NCBI GenBank assembly: GCA_045531335.1
Contig: JAZSDU010000021.1
Coordinates: 1 to 59,787 of the forward strand
Direction: 5' to 3'
Origin: Clostridia bacterium
Lineage (GTDB): Bacteria; Bacillota; Clostridia; TANB77; CAG-508
DNA: 59,787 bases
The notes beneath the pieces were generated by a model. It ran no database searches and was not told the DNA's origin. It saw only the letters and a program-made list of their open reading frames with translations. Position numbers and translations under genes: made by a program. Positions 32,833-42,486 of this stretch are shown one piece after another (position 1 is the stretch's first letter; each line of letters starts with the position of its first letter).

Positions 32833-34071
32833 ATGAAAGCTTTAAATAATAAATGGATTAGAGCTGCAATTCCAGCATTACTTTTACATTGTTCAATAGG
32901 AACAGTATATTGCTGGTCAACTTTTAAAGAAGCAATAGCAGATAAAATAGGAATGAGTACTTTCGCAGTTGGTTGGGCGTTTTCAATCGCAATATTTTTC
33001 TTAGGAATGTCTGCTGCATTTGCAGGGAGATTAGTAGAAAAGAATATTCATAAATCATCTTTAATAGCATGTATATGTTTTTCATTAGGAATGATTGGAA
33101 CAGGTCTTTTCATACAATTTACAACAGGAATAATAGCACTTATAGGTATATTCTTATGTTATGGATGTATAATGGGAGTTGGACTTGGAATAGGATATTT
33201 AACACCAGTAAAAACTTTAATGTTATGGTTTCCAAAACAAAAAGGACTTGCAACAGGAATTTCAATTATGGGATTTGGACTTGCTAAAGCAATAGCAACA
33301 CCAATTATGGAAGTCTTACAAAAAAATGTAGGTATATCTAAAATGTTTTATATTTTAGGAGCGGTATATTTTGTAATGATGTTTATAGGACATCTTTTAC
33401 TAAAGAAACCAGAAGGATGGGTTGAAGCAGATACTGATAAAGAAGAGTTCAAACCACTTCAAATGTTTAAAAACAAAACATTTTTGGGCATTTGGTTAAT
33501 GTTCTTTATAAACATACATTGTGGACTTGCATTAATTACATACGAAAAGCAAATATTAAAAGTTGCATTTGCAGGAACAGCAATTTTAGGAACAATAATA
33601 AGTGTTATACCATCTGTTACAGCTGCATTTAATGCATTAGGAAGAATAGGGTATTCAACAATTTCAGATAAAATGAAAGAAAGAAATACTGTATATAAAA
33701 TAATTTTCCTAACTAGTATTATAGTTACAATAATAGCATTAGCAACATTTGCAATATCAAATGGAGCAAATTCAATTATATTTGGAATCATAACAATAAT
33801 ATTATTAGTAGTAGTAAATTCAGGATATGGTGGAGGATTTTCAACACTACCAGCAATACTTTCTGAACGTTTCGGAATGGAAAAAATAAGTAGTATTCAT
33901 GGATTAGCACTTTCAGCTTGGGGAATAGCTGGTCTTACAGGAAACAATATGTCTGAATTAATATTAAGTTTGAGTAATAAAACTTATGATTATATATTAG
34001 TCGCAACATTAGCTTTATATGTTGTTGCTATGATAATATGTATCAAAATGGTAGGTAAGAAAAGTGCTTAA
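32833..34071 (+). CDS. OFA-family (OxlT-like) MFS transporter
   Basis: About 12 TM; GTVYCWS, GLGIGYLTPV..WFP..KGLATG, YGGGF. Confidence 0.9.
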   Translation: MKALNNKWIRAAIPALLLHCSIGTVYCWSTFKEAIADKIGMSTFAVGWAFSIAIFFLGMSAAFAGRLVEKNIHKSSLIACICFSLGMIGTGLFIQFTTGIIALIGIFLCYGCIMGVGLGIGYLTPVKTLMLWFPKQKGLATGISIMGFGLAKAIATPIMEVLQKNVGISKMFYILGAVYFVMMFIGHLLLKKPEGWVEADTDKEEFKPLQMFKNKTFLGIWLMFFINIHCGLALITYEKQILKVAFAGTAILGTIISVIPSVTAAFNALGRIGYSTISDKMKERNTVYKIIFLTSIIVTIIALATFAISNGANSIIFGIITIILLVVVNSGYGGGFSTLPAILSERFGMEKISSIHGLALSAWGIAGLTGNNMSELILSLSNKTYDYILVATLALYVVAMIICIKMVGKKSA

Positions 34072-34075
34072 ATAT

Positions 34076-34235
34076 AAAAAGACTAGCTTTTGCTAGTCTT
34101 TTTTGATGGTCGGGGTGTCCAAAAAGTAGCCATTTAAGTGTATATTGGGTAGTTATAGAGTATGTATAAATTGCCTTTTTATTATACATTTAAATTAATT
34201 GTAATATTTTTTTATTAAGACAAACATGTAATCTT
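34076..34235. repeat. Direct repeat A1: terminator hairpin, tRNA-Pro 3'-end copy and conserved arm (att-like)
   Basis: TGGTCGGGGTG at 34107-34117 equals the last 11 nt of tRNA-Pro (36813-36823); flanks are similar to 35004-35230. Confidence 0.8.
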
Positions 34236-34434
34236 CTGTAACTTTTTACTAACTATTAATATATTACATAGTCAAATTAAATAAATAAGGGTAATTTGTA
34301 ATACAACATTGCAATTAACATAAAACTGTGATACAATTACAATATGCAAAAATACTAGCACATTCTTCTTGTTTTTGCATCTATGGGGTCAGGCAACATA
34401 GTAAAAGTAATTTTTTAGGAAGGAGACATGAGTT

Positions 34435-34794
34435 GTGTCTAAAGATGAACTCAAAGAGAGAATGGGTGAAAAAACTTTTGAAGCACGTAATAATAGCACT
34501 GAAGTAAGTGTAGTAGTTGATGAAAACGGTATAATTTCTGATATTACATTTAAAAGTGCTTCTGAGCCAAGGCCTATATGGCATGTGGTTTCAGGTAACC
34601 CTCATAATGAAGCATGTAATTTGAATTACGAACATGTTTTAGAGGAAATGATGGATACTGATCTTGATACTTTTAAGGATTTGCTTAGAAGAATTAAAGA
34701 TACTGATCCTGAACTTTTCAGTATAGGCAATGAAATACTTCGAAAAAGAAAAGAACAGCTTCTTAAAGAGGCAGAAGAGAAATATTCTCTCTAA
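34435..34794 (+). CDS. Hypothetical protein (cassette cargo)
   Basis: 119 aa with AGGAG RBS and own terminator; lies between repeats A1 and A2. Confidence 0.6.
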   Translation: MSKDELKERMGEKTFEARNNSTEVSVVVDENGIISDITFKSASEPRPIWHVVSGNPHNEACNLNYEHVLEEMMDTDLDTFKDLLRRIKDTDPELFSIGNEILRKRKEQLLKEAEEKYSL

Positions 34795-35003
34795 TTAAAA
34801 AAATCCCTACCTTTTTGGGTGGGGATTTTATCTATTTTAAAGATAGCACTACTTTTCTTTTTAATTACCATTTAAACAAACAAAATAATATATATTGAAT
34901 GCAATAACACAAATATGTCACAAATATATCAAAGGGGCCGGGGCATTTTGACACATTATTTTAGTGAATAATTAATAATTAAAAATTAATAGTTAATAAT
35001 ACA

Positions 35004-35230
35004 AAAAAGACTAGCAATGCTAGTCTTTTTTGATGGTCAGGGTATCCAAAAAGTAGCTATTTAAGTATATATTGGGTGGTTATACAGTATGTATAGACTG
35101 CTCTTTTATTATGCATTCAAATAGCTTATATATTCATAGGGTATTCAACATGTATATATTAGTGTTTGAAAATACATTTGCGTTGCACTATTAATTGCAG
35201 TATTTTTTTATTGAGACAAACATGTAATCT
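35004..35230. repeat. Direct repeat A2 (diverged copy of A1 with an internal insertion)
   Basis: AAAAAGACTAGC..GCTAGTCTTTTTTGATGGTCAGGGTATCCAAAAAGTAGC..ATTGGGT..; second shared block AGACAAACATGTAATCTT. Confidence 0.8.
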
Positions 35231-35341
35231 TTTGCTAATTTTATTTATTAATATTTGATAATTATGTTGCTTTATGATATTATATATAAAATTATATTGA
35301 AATGAATTCAATTGAGAAATGCTATTGGATAGGAGATAAGA

Positions 35342-36151
35342 ATGAGAGGCATAGATAGATTTACTAATAAGGCAAAAAAGTATGAACAATATAGACCTGA
35401 ATATACTGAAGAAGCACTAACTGAAATTTTAAGATTAACTGGTATATTACCATATACAAAACAAAAAGTTGCAGACATTGGAGCAGGAACTGGGAAATTT
35501 ACTAAACTGTTATTAAACAGAGGATTTGAAGTATATGCAATAGAACCTAATGACCAAATGCGTTCAATAGCAGAAATGAAATTTAAAGGAAGTGAAAAAT
35601 TTAATTCCATTAGTGCAACATCAGAAGATACAACATTGGACGATAAAAGCGTTTCATTAATTACAGTAGCACAGGCTTTCCATTATTTTGATTTAGAAAA
35701 AACAAAAAAAGAGTTTTTAAGAATATTAAAACCAGGCGGAAAAGTTGCTTTGCTATGGAATTTTAGATTAAGAGATTCAGAATTTATAAGGGAATATGAA
35801 GAGGCTATATATGGCACACATTCGCAAAAAGTGAATCCTACATATGCACAAGATAATATGACAGATGATGTATTTAAACTTTTCTTTTCTAGATATCAAA
35901 CAATAAATATACCAAATAGTCAGAGTTTTAGTTTAGAGGAATTGTGGGGAAGAACTTTATCAAATAATCATGCCCCAAAAGAAAATGAACCAGAGTATCA
36001 AGAGTTATATGAAAAAGTAAAAAAATTATTCTACAAACATCAAAAAGATGGGAAAGTACTTTTTCCATATCGCACACAAATTGTAGTAGGAGATATATGC
36101 AGAACGAAAGATATACAGACAAAAGAAAACACAGATAGTTTTAATAGATAA
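35342..36151 (+). CDS. Class I SAM-dependent methyltransferase
   Basis: YRPEY, VADIGAGTGK, AIEPN, VAQAFHYF, RILKPGG. Confidence 0.9.
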   Translation: MRGIDRFTNKAKKYEQYRPEYTEEALTEILRLTGILPYTKQKVADIGAGTGKFTKLLLNRGFEVYAIEPNDQMRSIAEMKFKGSEKFNSISATSEDTTLDDKSVSLITVAQAFHYFDLEKTKKEFLRILKPGGKVALLWNFRLRDSEFIREYEEAIYGTHSQKVNPTYAQDNMTDDVFKLFFSRYQTINIPNSQSFSLEELWGRTLSNNHAPKENEPEYQELYEKVKKLFYKHQKDGKVLFPYRTQIVVGDICRTKDIQTKENTDSFNR

Positions 36152-36166
36152 AAGGAGATAATAAAT

Positions 36167-36691
36167 TTGAAATTATATATAGTAAGACATGGACAAGTTC
36201 CACATAATGCATTGAATCAGCATACTAATCCAGAAGAGGATTTGACTGAGTTAGGAGTAAAACAAGCAGAAGAAGTAAGAGATAAGTTAAAAGATATTAA
36301 ATTTGATGTAATAATATCATCACCTTTTGTAAGAACAAGACACACAACAAATATAATTAATATAAACAATTATAAAGTTATATATGACGATAGAATAAGA
36401 GAAAGAAATTGTGGAAGTTTAAGTGGGCGTTCATATGAAACAACAAATAGAGAAGAATACTGGAATTATTACACGGATATACAACAAGGAACAAGCGAAA
36501 ATATAAGGACATTCTTTGAGAGAGTATATAATTTTATTGATGATTTAAAAGAGAAAAATTACAATTGTGTTTTGGTTGTTGCACACAGTGGAGTATCAAA
36601 AGCATTTAGTGGATACTTTGAAGGAATAGATGAAGGGATGTTTTTAAATAGAGGATTAAAAAATTGTGAAGTAAAAGAATATAATCTATAA
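36167..36691 (+). CDS. Histidine phosphatase family protein
   Basis: IVRHG, SSPFVR, RERNCG, VAHSG; TTG start with AGGAG RBS. Confidence 0.9.
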   Translation: MKLYIVRHGQVPHNALNQHTNPEEDLTELGVKQAEEVRDKLKDIKFDVIISSPFVRTRHTTNIININNYKVIYDDRIRERNCGSLSGRSYETTNREEYWNYYTDIQQGTSENIRTFFERVYNFIDDLKEKNYNCVLVVAHSGVSKAFSGYFEGIDEGMFLNRGLKNCEVKEYNL

Positions 36692-36812
36692 TTTTAATTA
36701 ATTTTTAATATTTAGAATAAAAAAGAATTGGGTTGCAGTAATATTGCAGTAAAATGGTAAAAAGAAAATCCTATAAGTATTGATATATCTTACTTATAGG
36801 ATTCTTTTTGTA

Positions 36813-36888
36813 TGGTCGGGGTGACACGGATCGAACGTGCGACCTCATGGTCCCAAACCACGCGCTCTCCCAACTGAGCTACACCCCG
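36813..36888 (-). tRNA. tRNA-Pro(TGG)
   Basis: Reverse complement CGGGGTGTAGCTCAG...TT-TGG-GA...GTTCGAT...CACCCCGACCA, 76 nt. Confidence 0.96.
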
Positions 36889-37041
36889 AAATATTTGCTT
36901 GAAAATTTAAAGCTTATTAATAATAGCATATTTTTTTTGTGTTTGCAAGTGTTTTCTGAAAAAACATGTAAAATGTTTCAAAATGCAACTTTACATAAGC
37001 GCTAAAACTTAGTATAATATAATCAATTAAGAGCTAAGAAG

Positions 37042-38742
37042 GTGTTAAAAATAGAAGTAGATTTAATATTAAAAAATGGAAAATATTTAGATGTTAAAAC
37101 AAGAGAATTTAAAGAGGGAGATATTGCAATAAGAGATGGAAAGATTATTGGAATCAATGGAAGTTATTCAGCAAAAGAAGAAAAAGATATAGAAGGGAAA
37201 TTTATAGTACCAGGATTTATAGATGGACATATTCATTTAGAAAGTTCTGTTATTTCACCAGAGGATTTTGCAAAAATAGCAAGTCTTCATGGAACAACAG
37301 CAGTGGTAACAGATCCGCACGAGATAGCTAATGTTTGTGGAGAAGATGGAATAAATTATATGATGCAAAAAACCAAAAAGTTACCAATATCAGTATATTT
37401 TATGATTCCATCTTGTGTGCCAGCAACAGAGTTTGATGAATCTGCGGCAAAATTAAATAGTATTGATGTAGCAAATTGTTTCGAAATAGATAATGAAAGA
37501 ATTTTAGGGCTTGCTGAAATGATGAATTATCCAGGAGTGTTAGCTGAAGATTCAGATGTTATACAAAAAATTGCTCAAACTTATGAACTAGGAAAAAGAG
37601 TAGATGGACATGCTCCAGGTTTAACAGGGGAAGAACTAAAAAAATATATAGCTACAGGAATACAGTCAGACCATGAATGTAGTAATATTCAAGAAGCGAT
37701 AGAGAAAATAAATGTAGCAAGAGAATTTGGACAGATTTTCTATGTTATGATTAGACAAGGAACTGCTGCAAAAAATTTAGAAGCATTAGCAGAATTAATT
37801 AATATGCCAGAATATAGAGATAATGTAATGTTCGCAACAGATGACAAACATCCAGAAGAATTAAAGTGTGAAGGGCATATCGATTCTATAATAAGGAAGT
37901 CAATTGACCTAGGAGTAAAACCGGAAGATGCATATGTTACAGCAACATATAATGCAGCTAAATATTTTAAATTAGAAGATTTAGGCAGAATAGAAGAGGG
38001 GTGTAATGCAGATTTAACTATATTAGATGATATAGTTAAAGTTAAAATAAATAGTGTCTACAAAAATGGAAACGAAATGAGACAAGAAACATTATTAAAT
38101 TGGCCTAGAAATAAGGTCGAAGGAGACTTAGAACAAAGAGTGAGAAATTCTATAAATATGAGAGAAGTTACAACAAGTGATATAAGTTGTAAAGGAATAC
38201 CAAAACAGGTTATAGGATTAGTGCCAGGTGAAATAATAACAACAGATGAAGGGATTTCAGATGATTATGATTTAAGTAATGATATTATAAAAGCTGTTGT
38301 TATCGAACCTCATAAAGGAACTATGCATACAGGAATAGCATATTTAAAAGGAATGGGATTAAAAAAAGGAGCTATAGGTACTACGGTTGCACATGATTCA
38401 CATTATATGATTCTTGCAGGTACAAATGATAGAGATATAATAGTAGCTGCTAACAGGCTTGCTAATATGCAAGGTGGAAAGATATATGTAGAAGATGGAG
38501 AAGAAAAAACAAGTTTAGCTCTGCCAATTGCAAACCTAATGACTGATGAGAGTCCAAAAGAAGTAATTAAAAAGATGGAAGAACTAAAAGAGTATGCAAA
38601 AGTAAATAAAGGAATAGATGCATTTATGAATTTATCATTTGTAAGCTTACCAGTTATTGGAGATGTAAGATTACTTCCTAGTGGAGCTTTTAATGTTAAA
38701 GAATGGAGAATTATTACACAACAAGAATTAGACCAGTCATAG
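37042..38742 (+). CDS. ade: Adenine deaminase
   Basis: PGFIDGHIHLES, DPHEIANV, LAEMMNYPG, DGHAP, DHEC, TDDKHP, AHDSH. Start may be 37051. Confidence 0.94.
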   Translation: MLKIEVDLILKNGKYLDVKTREFKEGDIAIRDGKIIGINGSYSAKEEKDIEGKFIVPGFIDGHIHLESSVISPEDFAKIASLHGTTAVVTDPHEIANVCGEDGINYMMQKTKKLPISVYFMIPSCVPATEFDESAAKLNSIDVANCFEIDNERILGLAEMMNYPGVLAEDSDVIQKIAQTYELGKRVDGHAPGLTGEELKKYIATGIQSDHECSNIQEAIEKINVAREFGQIFYVMIRQGTAAKNLEALAELINMPEYRDNVMFATDDKHPEELKCEGHIDSIIRKSIDLGVKPEDAYVTATYNAAKYFKLEDLGRIEEGCNADLTILDDIVKVKINSVYKNGNEMRQETLLNWPRNKVEGDLEQRVRNSINMREVTTSDISCKGIPKQVIGLVPGEIITTDEGISDDYDLSNDIIKAVVIEPHKGTMHTGIAYLKGMGLKKGAIGTTVAHDSHYMILAGTNDRDIIVAANRLANMQGGKIYVEDGEEKTSLALPIANLMTDESPKEVIKKMEELKEYAKVNKGIDAFMNLSFVSLPVIGDVRLLPSGAFNVKEWRIITQQELDQS

Positions 38743-38867
38743 AAACAAAAAAATGGAAATACCCAAAGTGATGAAGGAGAAAGATAATAATAAAAAAATA
38801 GGCCACAGAGAACTGAGGTCTATTTTTTATGGCGCAACAGTTGGAGTTATTCACAACTTTTTAATAA

Positions 38868-39869
38868 TTATATTATTAAATCTTGATAAGGAATTTTTTG
38901 CAAATAAAATTGTTTTGAATTTTCATATACTACATATAATATTTTATTATTATTATCGTAGAATGCATGAGGATAAAAGAAACACTTATCATCATCTTCT
39001 AGTTTTATTTTCTTAGTCCAATTAAGCCCATCTTTACTTACAAATAATTGTAAATGTGTTCTCTTATCAAAATTACTATTATCAATAAAATTGTTTATCA
39101 TAACTATCATATCATCTATTTTTATTAAAGTAATTTTGGTATTTGCATTAGGTATATCTGTTTGTTTAAATTCAGTCCAAGTTCTTCCATAATCATAACT
39201 ATGACTTATTCCTAAATATGGAGCATTATTATTGCGCATATACATAATAATATGTCCTGGTTCAACTTCAACACAATTAGGCTCCCAAAGTCCTTTTTCA
39301 GATTTAATATAGCCGTATTTTTGAAAAGTTTTTTCTGTATCATTAGTTATAGCAACACCGCAGCGATAAATGTGATTTGAACGATAATTTTTTACACTTT
39401 CTTCTGTCCAATCAAAATCACTAATTACTTCACCCCAATATAGCGGAAACAAAAATTCATTATTACTTAGAATAATACCTTGTCTTATACTTACTCCATT
39501 CAAACCACCTGGTATTGATTTAGGTTCTGAGAAGGATTCTCCATTATCATCACTAATAGAATAAAATGTTTGTAACTCTCTAAAATGGTTATCACCATTA
39601 TATGTATTAACAAATAAAATTATTTTATCATCGTTTAAAAACATTTCTGGTGCCCAAACCCCTCTAGAATGGTGCGAAAATAAAATAGTTGGCTTAGTCC
39701 ATGTTTTTCCATCGTCATAACTTTTCATTATTTTTACAACATTTTTATTTTGAGGTTCCCATGTACCACCTGTAAGAAAAATACATATTAAAGTTCCATT
39801 TTTTGCTTTTCTAATTATTGGTTCTCTACCATAATCATCATTAAAATCATGAATTAAGTATTTTTCCAT
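38868..39869 (-). CDS. Sialidase-like BNR/Asp-box beta-propeller protein
   Basis: Asp boxes SYDDGKTW, SDDNGESF, SYDYGRTW, SKDGLNW; EP..MYMR and YP motifs. Confidence 0.82.
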   Translation of the reverse strand: MEKYLIHDFNDDYGREPIIRKAKNGTLICIFLTGGTWEPQNKNVVKIMKSYDDGKTWTKPTILFSHHSRGVWAPEMFLNDDKIILFVNTYNGDNHFRELQTFYSISDDNGESFSEPKSIPGGLNGVSIRQGIILSNNEFLFPLYWGEVISDFDWTEESVKNYRSNHIYRCGVAITNDTEKTFQKYGYIKSEKGLWEPNCVEVEPGHIIMYMRNNNAPYLGISHSYDYGRTWTEFKQTDIPNANTKITLIKIDDMIVMINNFIDNSNFDKRTHLQLFVSKDGLNWTKKIKLEDDDKCFFYPHAFYDNNNKILYVVYENSKQFYLQKIPYQDLII

Positions 39870-40072
39870 TATTTATTCTCCTTTCTATTATTGCTATTAT
39901 ATCATTTGTGAAAAGGCAAGGGGTATTTTAACATTAGAATAAAGCAATTAATAATTAATAGTGAAAAATGAAGAGTGAAAAGTACAAACTTGCCTTTTAA
40001 ATACTTATTCGACTTAGCTTAACACTCTTCACTCTTCACTTTTCGTTCTTAATTCTTGCCGTAAGGCAAGTT

Positions 40073-40149
40073 TGGTGCGAGTGTCGTAGTAATCTACAAC
40101 TTTCTCTCAAAGACGATTGATATAAAAATCAATCAACACCTAAAGTATA
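40073..40149. repeat. Direct repeat B1 (77 bp) beginning with the tRNA-Arg(ACG) 3'-end copy
   Basis: 74/77 identical to 40989-41065; TGGTGCGA equals the last 8 nt of the tRNA (43268-43275). Confidence 0.9.
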
Positions 40150-40158
40150 CCATAAATT

Positions 40159-40707
40159 TTATTTTTCTTGTATACCTTCTAAAACATCTTCATCATTTTC
40201 TAATTTTTTTACCAATTCATTAAAGTTATCACATATTTTTGAATTAAAATAAAATATATTACCTAAATTATCTGGCTGTATTCCAATCCAAAAATAAATA
40301 TATTCAGAATATTCCATAATTACGAAACCTTTATCTTGTATACTAGTATAAAAATCACTATCAGGAATCCATTCATAAATATCCGTTCTATTTATAAAAT
40401 CTACTACTTCACTAGGACTAAGAAGTCTATTAAATGAAAAGCCATCTTTGTTTTCTGCAATAAAACCAAAACCTTCGTTTTCCCAAAACTTTTTTAACTC
40501 TTCTGGCACTTTACATACTTCTTTTTCAAACAATTTAATTTCTTCTGCTACTCCATCAGTTGTAAGATAATTTTTACCTTTATATGTATAAACTTTTTTA
40601 TTAACCGGTTGATGTTCTATAATTGAATTTATTTTTTCACTTTCTATATTTTTTTGTGTATCTAATTTAATTTCTGTTTTTTTCTTAAATATATCTAATA
40701 TTCCCAT
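40159..40707 (-). CDS. SMI1/KNR4 (SUKH)-like immunity protein
   Basis: EEIKLFEK...VPEELKKFW..GFG...RLLSP...GNIFY...FNELV pattern. Confidence 0.7.
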   Translation of the reverse strand: MGILDIFKKKTEIKLDTQKNIESEKINSIIEHQPVNKKVYTYKGKNYLTTDGVAEEIKLFEKEVCKVPEELKKFWENEGFGFIAENKDGFSFNRLLSPSEVVDFINRTDIYEWIPDSDFYTSIQDKGFVIMEYSEYIYFWIGIQPDNLGNIFYFNSKICDNFNELVKKLENDEDVLEGIQEK

Positions 40708-40988
40708 TGTTTGCCTCCATTCAACAATTATATTATATCACTTTTTTTAAAATAATTTTATCAATATTTTTTTATTATTAAATTCATATGTCAAAATCAT
40801 CTTTATTTCTTTCATAATCGTGATTTTTACTAAATTCATAAGTATCTTCTAAATCTTCAAAGCAATTTTTTTTAATAATTTTCTTTGAATATAAATCTTC
40901 TTATATAATTTTTCTAAAACGAAAAAAATCAATCATTTCGATTGATTTCTATATATCAAAGTTCTATAGGTTAGAACGTATTTACTAA

Positions 40989-41065
40989 TGGTGCGGGTGT
41001 CGTAGTAATCTACAACTTTCTCTCAAAGACGATTGATATAAGAATCAATCAACACATAAAGTATA
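40989..41065. repeat. Direct repeat B2 (77 bp)
   Basis: Second copy of B1 with internal palindromes GTAG-TAAT-CTAC and GATTGAT-N6-ATCAATC. Confidence 0.9.
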
Positions 41066-41122
41066 ACATATTTTTTTAAATTATATCAATAATTTAGATA
41101 TAAATGTTTACTATAGTATTTA

Positions 41123-41677
41123 TTAGTATGCTATATCTTTATAGCCAACTCCTGAAACTTTTTCGTTTTTTATTTCAACAGCAACTCCATTATCATCTTC
41201 ATCAGGTCCTCCCCAATCGCGATTAAATAAAACATAAATGCATCTTTCATTTTTTAATAAAAAGCCTTCTTGAATAACTATTTCATCAAAATGGATGTTT
41301 TTAATCATTTCTGTTTTGGTACTGATGTCAGGCCACCACATTTTATTTTCTTCTTCATCATCAGGTCCATAAGCGTTCTTTTCTCCATATGTATATATAT
41401 CGTTTCCACCATTATAATACATTAATAAATTAGAAACGATATCTTCTTCTATTTGTTTAATTTTTTTAATAAATGCATTATATGTTTCATACTGAATTTC
41501 TTCTATATCTTCATTAGAGGTTCTTATACATATTTTTACATCATATTCTGTTCCAAAAAATTTTAACTTTACTTTTCCATAATAACCGTAATTTTTTTCG
41601 TATTCCAATTCACCAAAAATTTCATTTTGAACTATTGTTTTTATATCTTTCTTTTTAAATACATCAAATATTCCCAT
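41123..41677 (-). CDS. Putative immunity protein (DUF2004/DUF6985-like)
   Basis: IFGELEY..KFFG..Q.E.Y..F and C-terminal W...NGVAV...NEKV..VG..D pattern; sits in an immunity-gene cluster. Confidence 0.55.
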   Translation of the reverse strand: MGIFDVFKKKDIKTIVQNEIFGELEYEKNYGYYGKVKLKFFGTEYDVKICIRTSNEDIEEIQYETYNAFIKKIKQIEEDIVSNLLMYYNGGNDIYTYGEKNAYGPDDEEENKMWWPDISTKTEMIKNIHFDEIVIQEGFLLKNERCIYVLFNRDWGGPDEDDNGVAVEIKNEKVSGVGYKDIAY

Positions 41678-41798
41678 AAATTAATTCTCCTATCTAAATC
41701 CAAATCATCTATATATAATTTACCATTTTTAATGTTATTAACACATTCTTCAAAGGTATCTTTCTCAATAACTTTCTTATTAAATATATTAAAAATTT

Positions 41799-42467
41799 TT
41801 ATTTTCCTAAATCGAATAATAAATGTTGGTGCACCAACGCATCACCTTTTTTTATGTGTTTTATATCTTCATTTCCACCTAAAACTAATGCCGGAACAAA
41901 AAAGTATATTTCCTTATTTTTAATACTTCCTATGTTTTTTAATGCATCGTTAAACAAAACTTGCTTCAATACCCCTAATTTTATATTTTCATCAACAAGA
42001 AATTTATCAAAAAAATCTTTATAATCTGTACACTCTGTTATTGTTCTATAATGTATATCCAAAAAAGATATTGATTTATTTTTATTGTCATAGAAAAACA
42101 AATCCCCAAATGCAGTCATTACTATTGGTATTTTACTAAAATCTTCTTTACCTAACCATTTATAAAAACTACTCATATAATCTGTAGGATTGATTATTTT
42201 AACCATTCCACTACCATAGTTTCCAAATCCGTGTTTTTTCCATAAATCAACAATTTCTTTTGGTAATTTTTTTTTACCAAATTCCATGGTTTTTGCGTTT
42301 GGTTTTTCTAAACTCTTACTCGGATAATATTCTTGTAAAAATTTTTGAGTATAAATTTGATTTTCTTTATTATTAACTTCTTCTGTTTTTTTATTCTTAA
42401 ATATATCAGATATTTCTATAGCAAATTTTCTAATAATTGTTGATAAAATTCTTGTTAAAATTTCCAT
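41799..42467 (-). CDS. GAD-like / T6SS Tdi1_C (DUF1851) immunity protein
   Basis: LPKEIVDLWKKHGFG.Y..G..KIINP.DY, TAFGDLF, YFFVPALVLGG. Confidence 0.8.
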   Translation of the reverse strand: MEILTRILSTIIRKFAIEISDIFKNKKTEEVNNKENQIYTQKFLQEYYPSKSLEKPNAKTMEFGKKKLPKEIVDLWKKHGFGNYGSGMVKIINPTDYMSSFYKWLGKEDFSKIPIVMTAFGDLFFYDNKNKSISFLDIHYRTITECTDYKDFFDKFLVDENIKLGVLKQVLFNDALKNIGSIKNKEIYFFVPALVLGGNEDIKHIKKGDALVHQHLLFDLGK

Positions 42468-42486
42468 ATTATTTCTCCTTCACATT

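Noticed and set aside
36808-37005. 65-aa ORF (and the similar 43089..43316 ORF)
   Set aside because: These overlap tRNA genes and are spurious translations.
40073-41065. CRISPR array or extra tRNA genes in the 77-bp repeats
   Set aside because: Only two copies about 0.9 kb apart, no cas genes, and no D/T-loop consensus or anticodon arm; only the terminal tRNA nucleotides match.
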